From Nageia nagi (Eukaryota > Plantae > Pinophyta), in contig JBITNC010000001.1 in assembly GCA_050084985.1 (NCBI GenBank), positions 187,736,001-187,800,000 on the forward strand: a stretch of DNA of 64,000 nt, read 5' to 3'. Shown here in pieces: positions 26,326 to 39,600 of the stretch. Numbering within the stretch: position 1 is the stretch's first letter; the number at the start of each line of letters is the position of its first letter. The position numbers and the translations under genes were made by a program. The notes beneath the pieces were generated by a model. That model did no database searches. It saw only the letters and a program-made list of their open reading frames with translations, and was not told the origin of the DNA.

Positions 26326-29168
26326 TAAAGGAGTTCTAGATTTGATTCGTAGTGATGTTTTTAATCTTATTACTATACCATCCCATGGAAAATCATGATA
26401 CTATGTTTCTTTTATTAATAATTTTTTGAGATATGCATGGATCTATTTTCTCAAGAGCAAAGTTGAAGTGTTTGATAAATTTGAAGAATTTAATGTACTT
26501 ATTGAGAAGCAAATTGGAAAGAAAATCAAGGTGTTGAGGAATGATAATGAAGGAGAATATTGTTCAAATAAATTTAAGAAATTCTGTAAGAAATGTGGTA
26601 TTGCAAGGTAGAATACTACTCCATATACATCTCAACAGAATGGAGTTGCTAAGAGATTGAATATATCTCTTATGGAAAAGGAAAGGATTATGCTCAATGG
26701 TGCTAGATTGGCATAAGAATTTTGGGTAAAAGAAGTTGATACAACATGCTACATGTTAAATTGGTCTCCTACATCATATTTACCTGAACAAACTCCATTT
26801 GAAGCACTATTTGATAATAAACCCTCTTTGTCACATACTAAAGTTTTTGGTTGTGATGCATTCATGCATTTTCCAAAGGAAAAAAATTGTAATATGGAAA
26901 ACAAGGTTATTAAGTGTATCTTTATTGCTTATAAAGATAGTGTTAAAGATTATAAACTTTAAAATCCAAAAATTATGAGTATTACCTATAGTAGAGATGT
27001 GGTATTTAGAGAACTGAAAAGTGATCCCAAGAATGAAGTTACACAAGAAGAATAAAAAAGGTTTAGTTTGAATTTATAGAAGATCATTCCTACTCAACAA
27101 TAGTAGAAGAAAAAGAAGAAGAATCATAGTTTCATACAACAGTGTTAAGGAGATCAACATGTGAAATAAGGAAACCTGAAACGTATAGCCCACCTAACTT
27201 TCTTTCTTATTTTGCTTTATATGTTACTAATGAAGATCCTAGAACTATTAAAGAAGTAGTTAATTTTGAAGAGGAAAATATTTGGGAAGAGGCCATGAAT
27301 GAAGAAATGATGTCTCTGAAAAAGAATAAGACATGGGATTTGGTAGAATTTCCTATTAAAGAAAGGCAATAGGTTGCAAATTGGTCTCCAAAAAGAAGCA
27401 AAATGTTGAAGGAAAAGTGGAGAAATATAAAGCCTTCCTTGTTGCCATAGGCTATTCATAGGTTGAGGGAATTGACTATGGTGAGATATTTTCTCCTATT
27501 GCAAAGTTAACCTTAATAAGATGAATTTTATCTATGGTTGCTACATTTGATATGAAAATAGAGGAAATGGATGTAAAAATTGCTTTCCTTCATGGGGAAT
27601 TGGATGAGGAAATGCATATAAAATAGCCTAAAAGATTTATTGAGGAAGGAAAGGAGAATCTTGTTTGGAAGTTAAAGAAGTCTCTATATGGATTGAAATA
27701 GTCACCTAGGATGTGTATCAAAAATTTGATACTTATAATTTAGTACTTGGTTTTGTTCATAGCAATGTTGATCATTGTATATACATGAAGCAATTGGATG
27801 ATGATTTTATTATAATAATATTATATGTTTATGATATGTTGCTGATTGAGAATATTAATAAAATGATCAGTGTTGTGAAGTATCTATTAGCATAACAGTT
27901 TGATATGAAAGACCTTGTACCTAAAAATTAGATTTTGGACATGCAAATAAGGAAAGATAGGTAAAATAGAAAGTTGTGGTTAGATAAAAAAAAATATTGA
28001 GATTGTATTGAAGAGATTCAATATGAATGATTACAAACCTATGAATATTCCTATCGGTTTGGGAATAAAATTATCTATTAAATAATTCCCAAAGATAGAA
28101 TAAGTTGAAGGAATATCTTGTTTTCCTTATACAAATGTTGCAAGGAGTTGGATGTATGCTATGGTTTGTACCAGACTTGATATTCCACATGCAATGGGAG
28201 CTATGAGTAGATACATGTCTAAGCTTAGAAAATAGCATTAGACTGCTATGAAAGGAGTGCTTAGATATGTATGTGGTACAACTAATTTTTCAATCTATTA
28301 TCAAGGGAAAAGAAAGGAAAAAACCCTAGATGTTGAGGGTTTTGTTGATGCATATTGGGTAGTATATCTTGACAATAGAATATCTACCAATGGTTATGTG
28401 TTCAATTTGTTTAGAGGAGGAATGTGTTCAATTTGCTTTCAATTACTAAATATGAATAGATGATAGCCACTCATTCAAGAAAAGAACAAATATGGTTGTA
28501 GAGATTATGTGCTAATATTGGTTTTACACAAGAAGCTATGTAGGTAAATTGTGATAGGCAAAGTGTTATATTCTTGGCTAAGAATATTTTTTTTCATGCA
28601 AGAACTAAGAAAACTAATGTACAATACCATTTCTTTGGGCACATGATTGAATAGAAGAAAGTGTTTCTGGAAAAAGTAGACATAGAGGAAAATAATGTTG
28701 ATGCATTGACCAAGGTTGTTAGCATAGATAAATTCATGTGGTTTATAAGAGAGATGGGTTTGGATAAGCCAAGTGTTGGAAAATATTTATTTTTTAGTTT
28801 TTCTACAAAGTATTCACTAAGTGGGAGAATGTTGGATATGGCTTATCATTTGTAGAGGAAGTATTGTACACTAGGATTCACCTATTTTCACATGGCATTG
28901 GTGGGATTTACAAGGTTTCATATTAATATTATGATGGATGGTTTAGCCCATGATTTTCTAAAATCATTTTGTGGTTTAAGGTTAAGGATTTTCCTATATA
29001 TTTATTTTAATGAGCCAATTGTGGTGGATTGTACTAATTGTAAGCAATAATATAGAAGGAGGACAAGCTCTTGACATGCTGGAGTAGCCCACATTGGGTG
29101 AACTAGGGTAAATATCATTTATTCCTTATGTTTATGTGATTGTTATGTTTTGATTAAATTATTTCTAC
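26326..29168 (+). mobile_element. 5'-truncated Ty1/copia (Tork/Angela-like): INT-RT-RH, PPT and 3' LTR
   Basis: VLDLIRSDVF, YAWIYFLKSK, QQNGVAKRLN, EPRT-like/KNKTWDLVE, EMDVKIAFLHGEL, ILYVYDMLLI, GFVDAYW, NNVDALTK. PPT AAGTGGGAGAA at 28819-28829 followed by TGTTGG. Confidence 0.92.
28830..29168 (+). repeat. 3' LTR of the Copia element (end approximate)
   Basis: Starts TGTTGG after the PPT, with a TATA-like CTATATAT and the Copia-typical GTAGCCCACATTGGGTGAAC...GTAAAT motif. Confidence 0.65.
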
Positions 29169-29509
29169 ACTATAATTTCAAAATTGGTTTAGATAAGACT
29201 CTTCAAATGTTGGATGATCATATTTTATTTTGAGATAACATATTCATGGTAGAGAATTTTGAGTTAATATATGCATAGCAAAGAATTTTTAGAGAATCTA
29301 TTTATGAATTAGTTGAGGGTACCTTCATCATAATTCACATAAAGAAGAGCTCCATGGAGACTATATTATATCTTATAATAGATTATGGAATTGGATATCT
29401 TGTATTGTTAATTTTCACTTTAACTTTTAGCTTATGTAGAGAAAATAACACAAGGCTTTTAGATTTTACATTATGTAATTATTAGTTCAGGACTTCCATA
29501 ACAATATTG

Positions 29510-29964
29510 GATTGCTACAAGTGAGAAAGCTATAAATGTTATCTATGCATTACATCCCATGCCAAAAATGTTCATGATTGACATTATATAAAAAATCCAT
29601 GCAAGTATTTTTGGACAAAGTGAGACATTTCTATTCTCTATGGTCCTTTGTATGTGATTGTTATTAAGCTTTTTTTTTTTATAATCCATATAGCCTTGAA
29701 GAACTTCATTTTTAAATAGAATATCATTTATGAAAGGTTTGAAATTAGAAATAAGACACACAGAGAGAGAGAACAAGTTGAGTTGTAAGCTTTATAAAAT
29801 AAGTTTTATCTTTAGTTATTATCATAATTGCATGGAGTTTGATTAGTATGTTGCAATTGAGAAATCTATAAATGTTATATATTCATTGCATCCTATACCT
29901 AAAGTGTTCATATTTGATATTATAAAAATAATTGATGTAAGTATTTTTGGATAAATTAAGACAA
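29510..29964. repeat. Diverged ~120-bp direct repeat (29510-29628 and 29848-29964)
   Basis: GAGAAA(G/T)CTATAAATGTTAT...AAGTATTTTTGGA(C/T)AAA occurs twice ~337 bp apart. Confidence 0.75.
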
Positions 29965-30639
29965 TATATCACATGGATCTAGATACTAAAAATAAAGGAA
30001 ACGAGGCATCTCTTGAAAAAATCATGCTAGTATTTGAAAGTATTACATATTTATTTTAATAGGTTTCATATAAACATACATCAAAACTATGCATATACAC
30101 ATTACAAAAAAACTATTCATATCCAAGTATTTCACATATCAAAAGTATGCTACATATCCAAATATGTTGCATCAAAACTATGATACGACCTAAAGGTTGT
30201 AGCCTTAAAAACTTCCTTGGTTGGACTTACACAAAATCTAAAAAACTAGCTATGTAGGGAAGGATTTTTTGGAACATCCTATGAGGAGAGTGATATAAAT
30301 AAAAAAGAAGGTATTTCATTTGTGTCCATCTCATTTCTCCTTCTAAATGATATTATTTCCTCTACATGGGTGATGAACACACTAAAAGTAACTTTTAAAG
30401 TCTTTAGTGTTAATATTGATCATCTTACCTTTAGCCAATAAATTATTGATCACCACTGGCATTTTTTTTGATGTATTTCTTGGCCCTTTATTGGTTATGT
30501 TTATCATATCTTATGTAAATTACATAACATATAGTATGCAATATATATGTCAATATGATGATCATACCAAGAAAATGAATTTAAGATGGTTAATAGAATA
30601 TAAAAAAATTTCTTCCATAATAAAGGTTAATACATATTT

Positions 30640-32050
30640 TTGCATAAAAGAGACACATGAATTTCATGAAATGCAATGATCATAGAATTTGCACATAATA
30701 TATATGATTTTAAGGCCATCAAGTATTTTTAGAAAATTCAATTGACTAGTTTTAAACCAGATTTAGTAACCTTTGCAAGTTTTCTTCCTATGCAGTATTA
30801 AAATGAGGCATGGGAATTCATGGATAAATAACTACATGTAGGGTATGCGATGAATGATTTTATAAGAAATTATTATAATGTATGTCAACCATTTTCAACA
30901 CTTCAAGGATGGATAGTTTTTATGTGGTGACTGTAGGTGATTGACTAGGAATTTTGATGTGGAAATGGAATGAAACTTTTTCTAGTAAATGATTTATTTT
31001 AGAAAAGTGTTTTAACCATGATCTTGTAATTGTATTCTGGGTGGGAAATAATATGAGCATAACATATTTGGGAATTTATCCCAACCTACTAATAGATTTC
31101 AAATATATTTATATCTTGAAGGGTTGTTTTAATCTTGGAGTTTTACTAAGATATAATCCAAATACTTGAGCATTTCTTTCAAACTTAAACAAAACAATAA
31201 TAAAGAGTCACATTACAATGAATGCAATGATTGTAGCATATGCAAGGAATGATTATAGTATGGAAACAATCAAACTATTTGAACAAATGGAATATGTGGG
31301 CATTAATCCAAGTGATATTACATTTGATAGTATACTATCTCCATGTAGATATTAAAGTCTAGTGAAAGAGAGTTATCAATACTTCATGAATGATTATTAA
31401 TATATTAGGTTAAGTTTAATGGAAATTCAATATCCAATTCACCCTTAAATAGGAAGTAATATTGTTTAGAAGTAATGATAAGATGACAAACACAATGAAT
31501 AATGTTGTAGGTGGCTTCTTTGCATGGCTTGCCAATAAAACTTGATACTATAATGTGTACTTGTTAGCTTGGTTCCTATAGAATTTATACCAAAATAGTC
31601 CAGTAATTTAGATTTGTTACATAAATTATTAGTGTATTATATATATGTAGCAATATAGATCTAGTGAAAGAGGTATATTAATACATATATGAAATTATGA
31701 TAACAACCTTAATAAACATGTATGGAAAATATGGGAGCATTAAGATGGTAAGGGTATTATTTGAAAAGCTATGTTATGAATGAATAATTTCATAGAATGC
31801 AATGATTGAAATATATGAAAGGAATGGTTGCAGTAAGTAAGGCATCAAAAATATTTGAACAAATGGAATATGTGAGCATTAATCTAGATGATATTACATT
31901 TATTCATGTATTATCTCCATGTAATCAATGTAGGTCTAGTGAAAGAATACTATCTATAACATCAAATCATAAATTATTATTACACACACATGAATGAAAT
32001 TATACAATACATGTATGGTTGATATTCTTGTCCAATTCAGATGCCTAGAT
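30640..32050 (+). pseudogene. PLS/E-class pentatricopeptide repeat (PPR) pseudogene, interrupted by a chromovirus
   Basis: S*NAMIIEFAHN...KPDLVTFASFLP; NAMIVAYARN...KLFEQMEYVGINPSDITF...LVKESYQYF; E-motif LPIKLDTIMCTC*LGSYRI; LINMYGKYGSI; YTCMVDILVQFRCLD ending at the LTR. Confidence 0.85.
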
Positions 32051-32442
32051 TGTTAGGAATCCTAAAATTCTAAAATGGGATTTAATCCAAATTACAATAA
32101 AATATAAACTAGCAATAGATCCAAATAATAATAAAATACTAATATAACTAGAAATAATAGTAAAAACATAATGGAATAACATTACTAAGAATATAACAAA
32201 TCACATTCCACTTTAATGGAGCTTTCTCCTTACAACTCAAATGATAATATAATTTCCAAGATAATGTTTATTTCTATCCTACACATATTTGTCATCCTAC
32301 TACCTTAACCTTAATTATTGGTTCTTAACAAAATGGTGATTCACTTTACAAAATATGTTAGTCCATCTTACAAGTTGATACATGCTAATAATTTAAAATG
32401 AATAACTAACATAAATAAATATTAGCATATGGTATCATGATA
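32051..32442 (-). repeat. 3' LTR of element C (~390 bp)
   Basis: TGTTAGGAA...CTCCTTACAACTCAAA...CTTACAAGTTGATA is shared with 63685-64000. PPT AAGAGGGATGGCA on the minus strand at 32443-32455. Confidence 0.85.
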
Positions 32443-32459
32443 TGCCATCCCTCTTAAAA

Positions 32460-33280
32460 GAGAGATATATTCTCAAAGTTAAAAATTAGGAAATTACTAC
32501 TGAAGCTAATGAAGTACCTCACATGTTGCATCATCAACTACAAATCTATGCCACTAGATAATGACTTCAATAATCATGCAATTATGAAGTTATCATGTAC
32601 ATTGGTCCAAAACCATCTTAGGTTTGATCATTATGGATCCATCATCAATGAATTTAGGAAACCATGTCTGAACCTTGGCCTAGGAGCCCAATACCTTCTT
32701 AATATAGAAGACATGAAAGACAAGGTGAATCTTTGAAGATATAGGTAACTCCAACTTGTATGTTACAAGTCTAATGTATTGAAGGATTTTGTAATATCCA
32801 TAAAACATTGAAGCTAGCTTTTAGGGTCCTTTTATCTTAAGGTATTTTTGCTGATATGGTTGAAGCCATAGGAAGACCACATCTCCTTATTGGAATTCTC
32901 TTTCTACCCTTTTTTGCTTAGCTTATTTCTTCATACAATCTTGAGCCACTTGCATATTCTCTTGAAGGATACAAAGGATATCTTCCTAATTGATTAAGTT
33001 GGTATCAACTACTTGGAAATTACTATTACCTAGAATATAAGAGGCCATAATGCTTCATATGTGATCATATTAATAGAAGTATGATATGGAGTATTATACC
33101 ACCATTCTACCAAGGGAAGCCATTTAAACCAATGAACAAGTTGGGCTAAAGTGAAACAACATAGATATGTCTCCAAGAACTTAGTAATAATTTTTATTTT
33201 TCCATTTGTCTAGGGGTGATAGGATGAACTCATATTGAGTTGAGTACCTTGAAGCTTGAATAATCCTTGTTATAAGTTAT
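32460..33280 (-). pseudogene. Integrase C-terminal half and chromodomain of element C
   Basis: LFKLQGTQLNMSSSYHP, WLPLVEWWYNT, IHLVFHVF, chromodomain KPKMVLD...EVII*W...DDATCE...FP. Confidence 0.88.
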
Positions 33281-34461
33281 TATGATGCCTATTTTCTTGC
33301 AACTAAACCATTCAACACACCTTATGAGTAATTCAAGGATAAATATGTATCACTATACTAATTTTCCTATATTGTAATGCAATAAATTGACAATATATGA
33401 GGTAAGAAAATGTTCTTTATGCATAATATATCCAAATGATATCCAAACCCTAAAATGAAGATCAATTCTATTGGTGAACCTCAAATCACAATCCCTTGAG
33501 ACCTTGTGATAAATAAAAAAGGGTGAAACTCCAACTCAATAAGAGAGTAGTCCTCCTAATATTCAATCAATTAGATGATAAAAATAAGTGATATGCCTAT
33601 TATGAAAATGATATGATAAATCATGAGATAATGATAAGATCTATTGACTATGATAAGATGTTAACAAGTATTGACATGATATACAATAAATATTTAAGAT
33701 ATGTAATAAACAAGACTATATGCACCTAAAGATAAAGTATTCCATAAATCTATGGGTAATTTTATTAAATAATGCTAGATATAAGATAATTTAGACTAAT
33801 AAATGAAAAATAAAGGTCAAACCCTAAGGTTAGACCTTAAAGGTAAAAACCCTAGGTTGAAACCCTAAGTAAATGCTTTAGCCTATAATGCCTATATGAT
33901 AATAAATTAAGTAAACTCACAATATCAATGTAAGATACAAGCTTTTAATTATGGATTAGTATATGCTAAAAACTTGAAAAAGTACATGAAATCAACCATC
34001 AATATTATGATTATCTCAAATCCAAAAAGATACCTTAATCCATCATGAATGGAGAAGAGATTTAAAGGCTCAAAGGTGTATGCATAAGAGTTGATGTTGA
34101 AACCCTCCAAATAATATCACAAGGCTCAAATTTGTATTCAAAATGCTCAAAAATCAAATATTTCTCATGAAAAATAAATTTTTAATCCTTGAAAAGTGAT
34201 CCCAAGTCACCTTTAAATTATAAACATAGCAGTCAGGATCGTATGGATGACTATGACCTATAGGATCATTTGAATGATTAGCAAATCATCCAGATGACTA
34301 GAAAATAGTATTAAACATGATCTAACTATCAAAATATCATTATTAAACCTATAAAAAATGCTACATCACATGTTAGTTTGATATGGTATGATATAGTAGT
34401 AAAAGTATCATAAATATCAAATATCATAAATACGATAAAATGCAATTTTAGGGTGTTTACA
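33281..34461 (-). repeat. 3' LTR of element B
   Basis: Aligns with 58063-59177. Preceded on the minus strand by PPT AAAAAGGGGCAAT (34462-34474). Confidence 0.9.
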
Positions 34462-34584
34462 ATTGCCCCTTTTTATGTTGAGCTTCAAGACTTGGAAGAA
34501 GCTTAGTATAAAAAAATGATATGATAAACTAACAATTTATAATGATAATAATATATAAGTATAAAATGATTTAGATGGATATGG

Positions 34585-35150
34585 TTTTGGTGTATGGAAG
34601 GTCATATAAGATCACCCTAAACATCCAACTAAATTTGGTTTCGATGCATGATAGGCTACATAAGATTCAGTCAAATCCAATGATAATCCAACTAAATCTA
34701 GTTTCGATAAATGATAGGCCATATAAGATTAAGTTGAAAACCATGATAATTACTTGGGATAAATCTATCAAATGGATTAAAGTCTTTGAAATAAAATAAA
34801 AAATGTAATCTAATCTAAATGTAGAAAGGGAAATTATCTTTGCTTTTCCCCAACAATTGAAGGGTAACAAGAAAGTAAATGATCTCTTCTTTGCTCCAGC
34901 AATTGAAGGGAGTATGATTATACTTTATCTATCCTAATATTCAAAGGGAAATAAGAAAAATAAATTTTCTCTTATTTTCCCTAGAAGTTGAATGGAAGTG
35001 ATCGTAGGCTCACATACCTACCAAGCATTGGACCATAGAACATAAGCATACGATGCTTGAAAAAAATGCTAAATGATATCTACTTTAACCCAGTAGTTTA
35101 TTGGTAAATGATCATAGGATTATATACCTACAAAGTGTTGGATCGTATGT
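34585..35150. repeat. Degenerate short tandem repeats in the 3' UTR of element B
   Basis: ~50-63-bp units (TTTCGAT...GATAGG...ATAAGAT...ATCCAACTAAAT) and repeated CAATTGAAGGG units. Confidence 0.6.
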
Positions 35151-36699
35151 CAAACATGATGATGGCTGAGTATGCTGATTGCCAATCAATCATGTCAAAC
35201 AAAAATCATCTAGCAAAAACTTATGATATGAAAAGTTTGACCATGCATCCAAGGTTCCCTTGATGAATTCCAATGATGAACTTGAAAAGTAAAACATTTA
35301 ACCAAAATTATGAAGAAATGATAAAGTATGTGAATCTCTTCACCTCAAACAAGAAGGTGTTAAGGTTGAATAAGAATGACATCTGACCATTTGATAGAAT
35401 AAGTGAAAAAATGATGAAAATGATAGAGAAATGATAAGGTAATAATATTAAATATAGAATCATTTGGGAGACTTAAAATTTTCCAAATGATTAGGATTAA
35501 GACATAATTTCTTGAATGATTGTAGGTCATCTAGACAATCCATTATGATGAAAATAAAAAAATAAAAAAGATGGAATGAGGGTTTTGGAAGTCATTATCA
35601 TATTGCAAATTTTTACATTATGAGCATTATGACTATGACCTTGGGCTATTACTATTGATATTTTGACATATGTGAGATAAGAATGGTTGCACAATGAATG
35701 GGAAATTGGCATTGGAGGAGAATCCACATGGCAAGGTTGAGAGGCAGGGGTGGTGAACTAGAGGAAGAACCTCATACCAAGAAAGTAAGTTCCTAAAACC
35801 CTAGATTTGCTTTATGTTTATATGGTTATTTGATGGATAAAATAAATTTTGGTATAGAACAGTCATGTATTACTATAATGGTTGAGAAAATGATGTAAGG
35901 TTTGCATGGAAAATGCCTTTTTTTCTTTACTATGTAAAGAGAAAATAGGAAAAAACCCCAACTAACGAAAGAAAACAAGAAACATGTGATCATGATACTA
36001 GTGATAGATGATACAAACAATTTATGATAAGGTAGGATTTTTGGCAATAGGGAGTAATGAAAATGAGATAAACCTACCACCAAAATAAAATAACAAATAA
36101 GAACATGGGAAAAAGAAAATAACCAACTAGCTGAGTATGCCTAACTTGAAACTCAATCAAGAATAATAGTAGACACTAGACCCATTGCCCTTATAGATAT
36201 ATATCATAAAACTTAGCATGTGTAAAAAAAAACCTTGAATAAATAATGAGGTGAACTTGGAAACATAGAGGAAATAGGAAAGATAATGACATGTATAAAC
36301 TTAACAATAAAACCATTAATTTTGGTGTAAAAATGAACTTTGATTGTGATTGTATGTTGTTGTTTTATAATTTGCAAATTTTTCACAAAGTTTTCAAAGA
36401 TTGTTTTATTTTTTATTTTTAGTTACTGCAAATCATCCTCTACTCTAATGATCTAGTTTAGGATCATTTAGGACCCAAATTATTAGGTAAATCATTTATA
36501 CAATTTTCCCAATAGTCCCCCTAGTGGATGACTAGGGTTTGTAGGTCATCCTGGGTTAAGATGATTTTGAAAAACCATGTAAAAGTGACATAGGTGACAA
36601 ATTAAACCAAATTATAGATATATGACATGAATTAGACATATGAAACCATTAACATAGATATAGATATAATGAAAATTGGTAAAAATAGTAACTATGAAT

Positions 36700-39600
36700 C
36701 AAAATTTATGCTAGATAAAACTCTAGCACAAGTTTCATCCATTATTGACACAAGTATGAAGTACCCTAGATCAATAAAACTAGGATTGGATAGAGGTGGT
36801 TGGTATAGTAGGGGTGTCATGAGTGCACAAGATCATTAGGGAAACATCCTACATGATAGTGCTATGGGAGTGCTTTGACACAAACTGATCCACCTTCCTT
36901 CTCCCCATAAGGGAGATGATAGTTACACTAGAGTACATGTACATGATCTTAGAGTGCTCATTGAGGGTGAGACTATCATTATGGTGACTAATAGGATATT
37001 CATTCAACCATATGATAATGAGGGATACAAGACATGGGATATATAAAATAGTGAGATCCTAATAGATCCACTTTATGAGAATGGGTGATTGGGGAGACAT
37101 GAGACCCTCATGATGTTATTAATCTTATCATTTATGCTACCAAATTCCTTGGGATCTAAGTTCAATTAGAACATATTTAAGGTAATCACATGCATGGTGC
37201 AAGAGAGGATATTCTTTCCCTAGGGGTTATCATTACTGGTGTATATGTTTAGAGAGTTGATGGTGGAAACTAAATGGATATGAGGTGTTAACACCTCATT
37301 ATTGCTCTAAGTGTGGGCCTAGGAGTGCAAATAGTCAATGAGACCAAAATCACTTCTAGAAGTGGTGCATGGCAATGAGCTTACTTCAAATATTCCTCTT
37401 TTGGCTAGATGGGAGTTTCCCTTCACACAAAGATGGGCATATGAGCTGGAGATACCTAGGAGGTAGCCCTATGAGGGTAGAATTTACTAGTATAGAGAGA
37501 TATTGGCAAGGCTATAACACCAAGATATTGTATGCTATCCCTGAATAGGTGCATTACACTAGGAGAAGGAGTAAATGAAATGTACAAAACTTTTGAGGAT
37601 GCACTACCTACATAGGATACATGCTTCGTACATGGATGTCTTCTACTTCAAGTGACTATAAAGACAGTTTGAGCTAGTGCAAGATATTTCACAATACCCT
37701 ATGGAATATAAGTTAATTGATAGGGAGGCCCCAACAAGATCAATATTGACTTATATGGAGATTGATGCAGCTCTATATTCCCTAGTGGTGCTAATTACTA
37801 TAGATAATGTAGGGAAAACACCTACATATGATGTGTGTTGCAACCCACATAGGGATAGGTTGTGAGTGTGGACCATGTCTATGAGATAGGGATCTACAAC
37901 ATCCATAGATCCATGGGCTCTATAAGTCAACCAGGTGTAGGAAGGATAAGATATTGTAGAGGGAAACAAGTATGGAGACAAGGAGGAGGAGGAGGAGGGT
38001 GATCATGATGGGAATGATAAAGGCTAAGGTGATAGATATGGGAAGGACTATGACTAGGATTGTGATTAAGGGATGAACAGTGTAGACATCTTTGAGCATC
38101 CTTAGTATGAGCATCCATAGGAGGAGCCACAATAATAATATGACTAGGGATTGACATGTAAGGATATGGAGGTAGCATTCAAGACCCCCCAATGGTATCC
38201 ATAGGAGATAATTATACCTAGGTCAATGATCTAGGTTGACTCATGGGTGGCTCAGTATCAACCTAAATGAGATGTAATTCAACAATGGCTAGACTTAGGG
38301 TACACCATGTACATGGCCCTATAAGGGTATATGAGGATATTATTGGTCATCTTTATGATAATTTTCATAAAGAGAGATGCACTTAGAGCATTTATAAAGG
38401 GTGGAATGGCTCCTAGTACAAAACCCATAGGGAAGATAGCAAGGGAGATAGTAGTAGATAGGGGTCAAAATTGACCCCATCATCACTCACAAAAGCTATT
38501 TTCCTTATAATTGACATGCATTTCATAAGTGAGTATTTCATTCACCAAAATTAAATTGATTTCACCCATCAAATGGTAAGGGGCCATTTTTTTTAGTTTT
38601 TCATTAGAAGAGCTGAATAAAAAATTACCCATTAAGATATTTTTAAATTAAATTATAATAAGTAATACAAATTTACACCTACAAATTCATTGGTACATTG
38701 GTGACTACAGGAATTCAATTCACCATCAAACTCATTTACTTTGAGTCCACAAACCTTGAGTCTCTAGTTCTACTATATAGCCTCCTTAACTCTAAGTCCC
38801 TAACTTTGAAGAATGGAGAAGATAAATATGGGTTTTTATTTTGAATGCAAACCCTTCTAGCTTCAATCCATGCTGAACTCAATCTGGAATAGAGATATCT
38901 ATCAGTGAGCATTTAAATATGATGTTCCAATAGAAAGAAAAATCTTTAATATTATGAGATATCTATTGAAAGTAACTACAATTTTGAGAAGCCTTTCCTC
39001 TATCTTGCAAGAAAGCTTTTTGGATATGTGCTTTTTGGAAGTTTGTAATAGTTTAAAGTTGATGCTAATTACAATGTGTAAACTCTATAGACAATATTTG
39101 AAGTATTGATTGTAGAAATATTTATTTTTGTTGTAGTATAAACCTGACTTGTATGTCTATTCCTAGGGATCTAACCTTCATTTTGTTGAGTTACAGGCCT
39201 TGCTCCACCTAAGATTCATATTGATATGGTCACACAGTAACAATAAGTGCTATTCTAGTTGAAGTGTTAAAATAAATTTGCCTAAATTTTTCATCCTTTT
39301 AGGTTTTTAGCATTTATTATGTTGAGTTTACCTTCAAATGTATGCAAGTAGCAAGGTCTGATACGTCCTGTTATGTTATACATAAATATAGATTTTGAAT
39401 GGATTATTGATAAAGCTCTATTTCTTTTCTATTTTAGTTTTCAAGAGCTAATACCATTTTCAGATTTCAATAATTTACTTTTTTAATTTTCAACCCTTTC
39501 TTTCAAAGTTGTTGAACACCAATGGCCAAACATACATGAGCCTACTCAAGCAAGGTAATTTTCACCAAAGTTGATCTAGATTATTTAAAAATGGAATAAC

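Noticed and set aside
33815-33870. Telomere-like AAACCCTA motifs
   Set aside because: These are scattered telo-box-like motifs inside LTRs, not a TTTAGGG array.
37920-38192. His/Pro-rich minus-strand ORFs
   Set aside because: They are antisense to the acidic tail of the PMD ORF.
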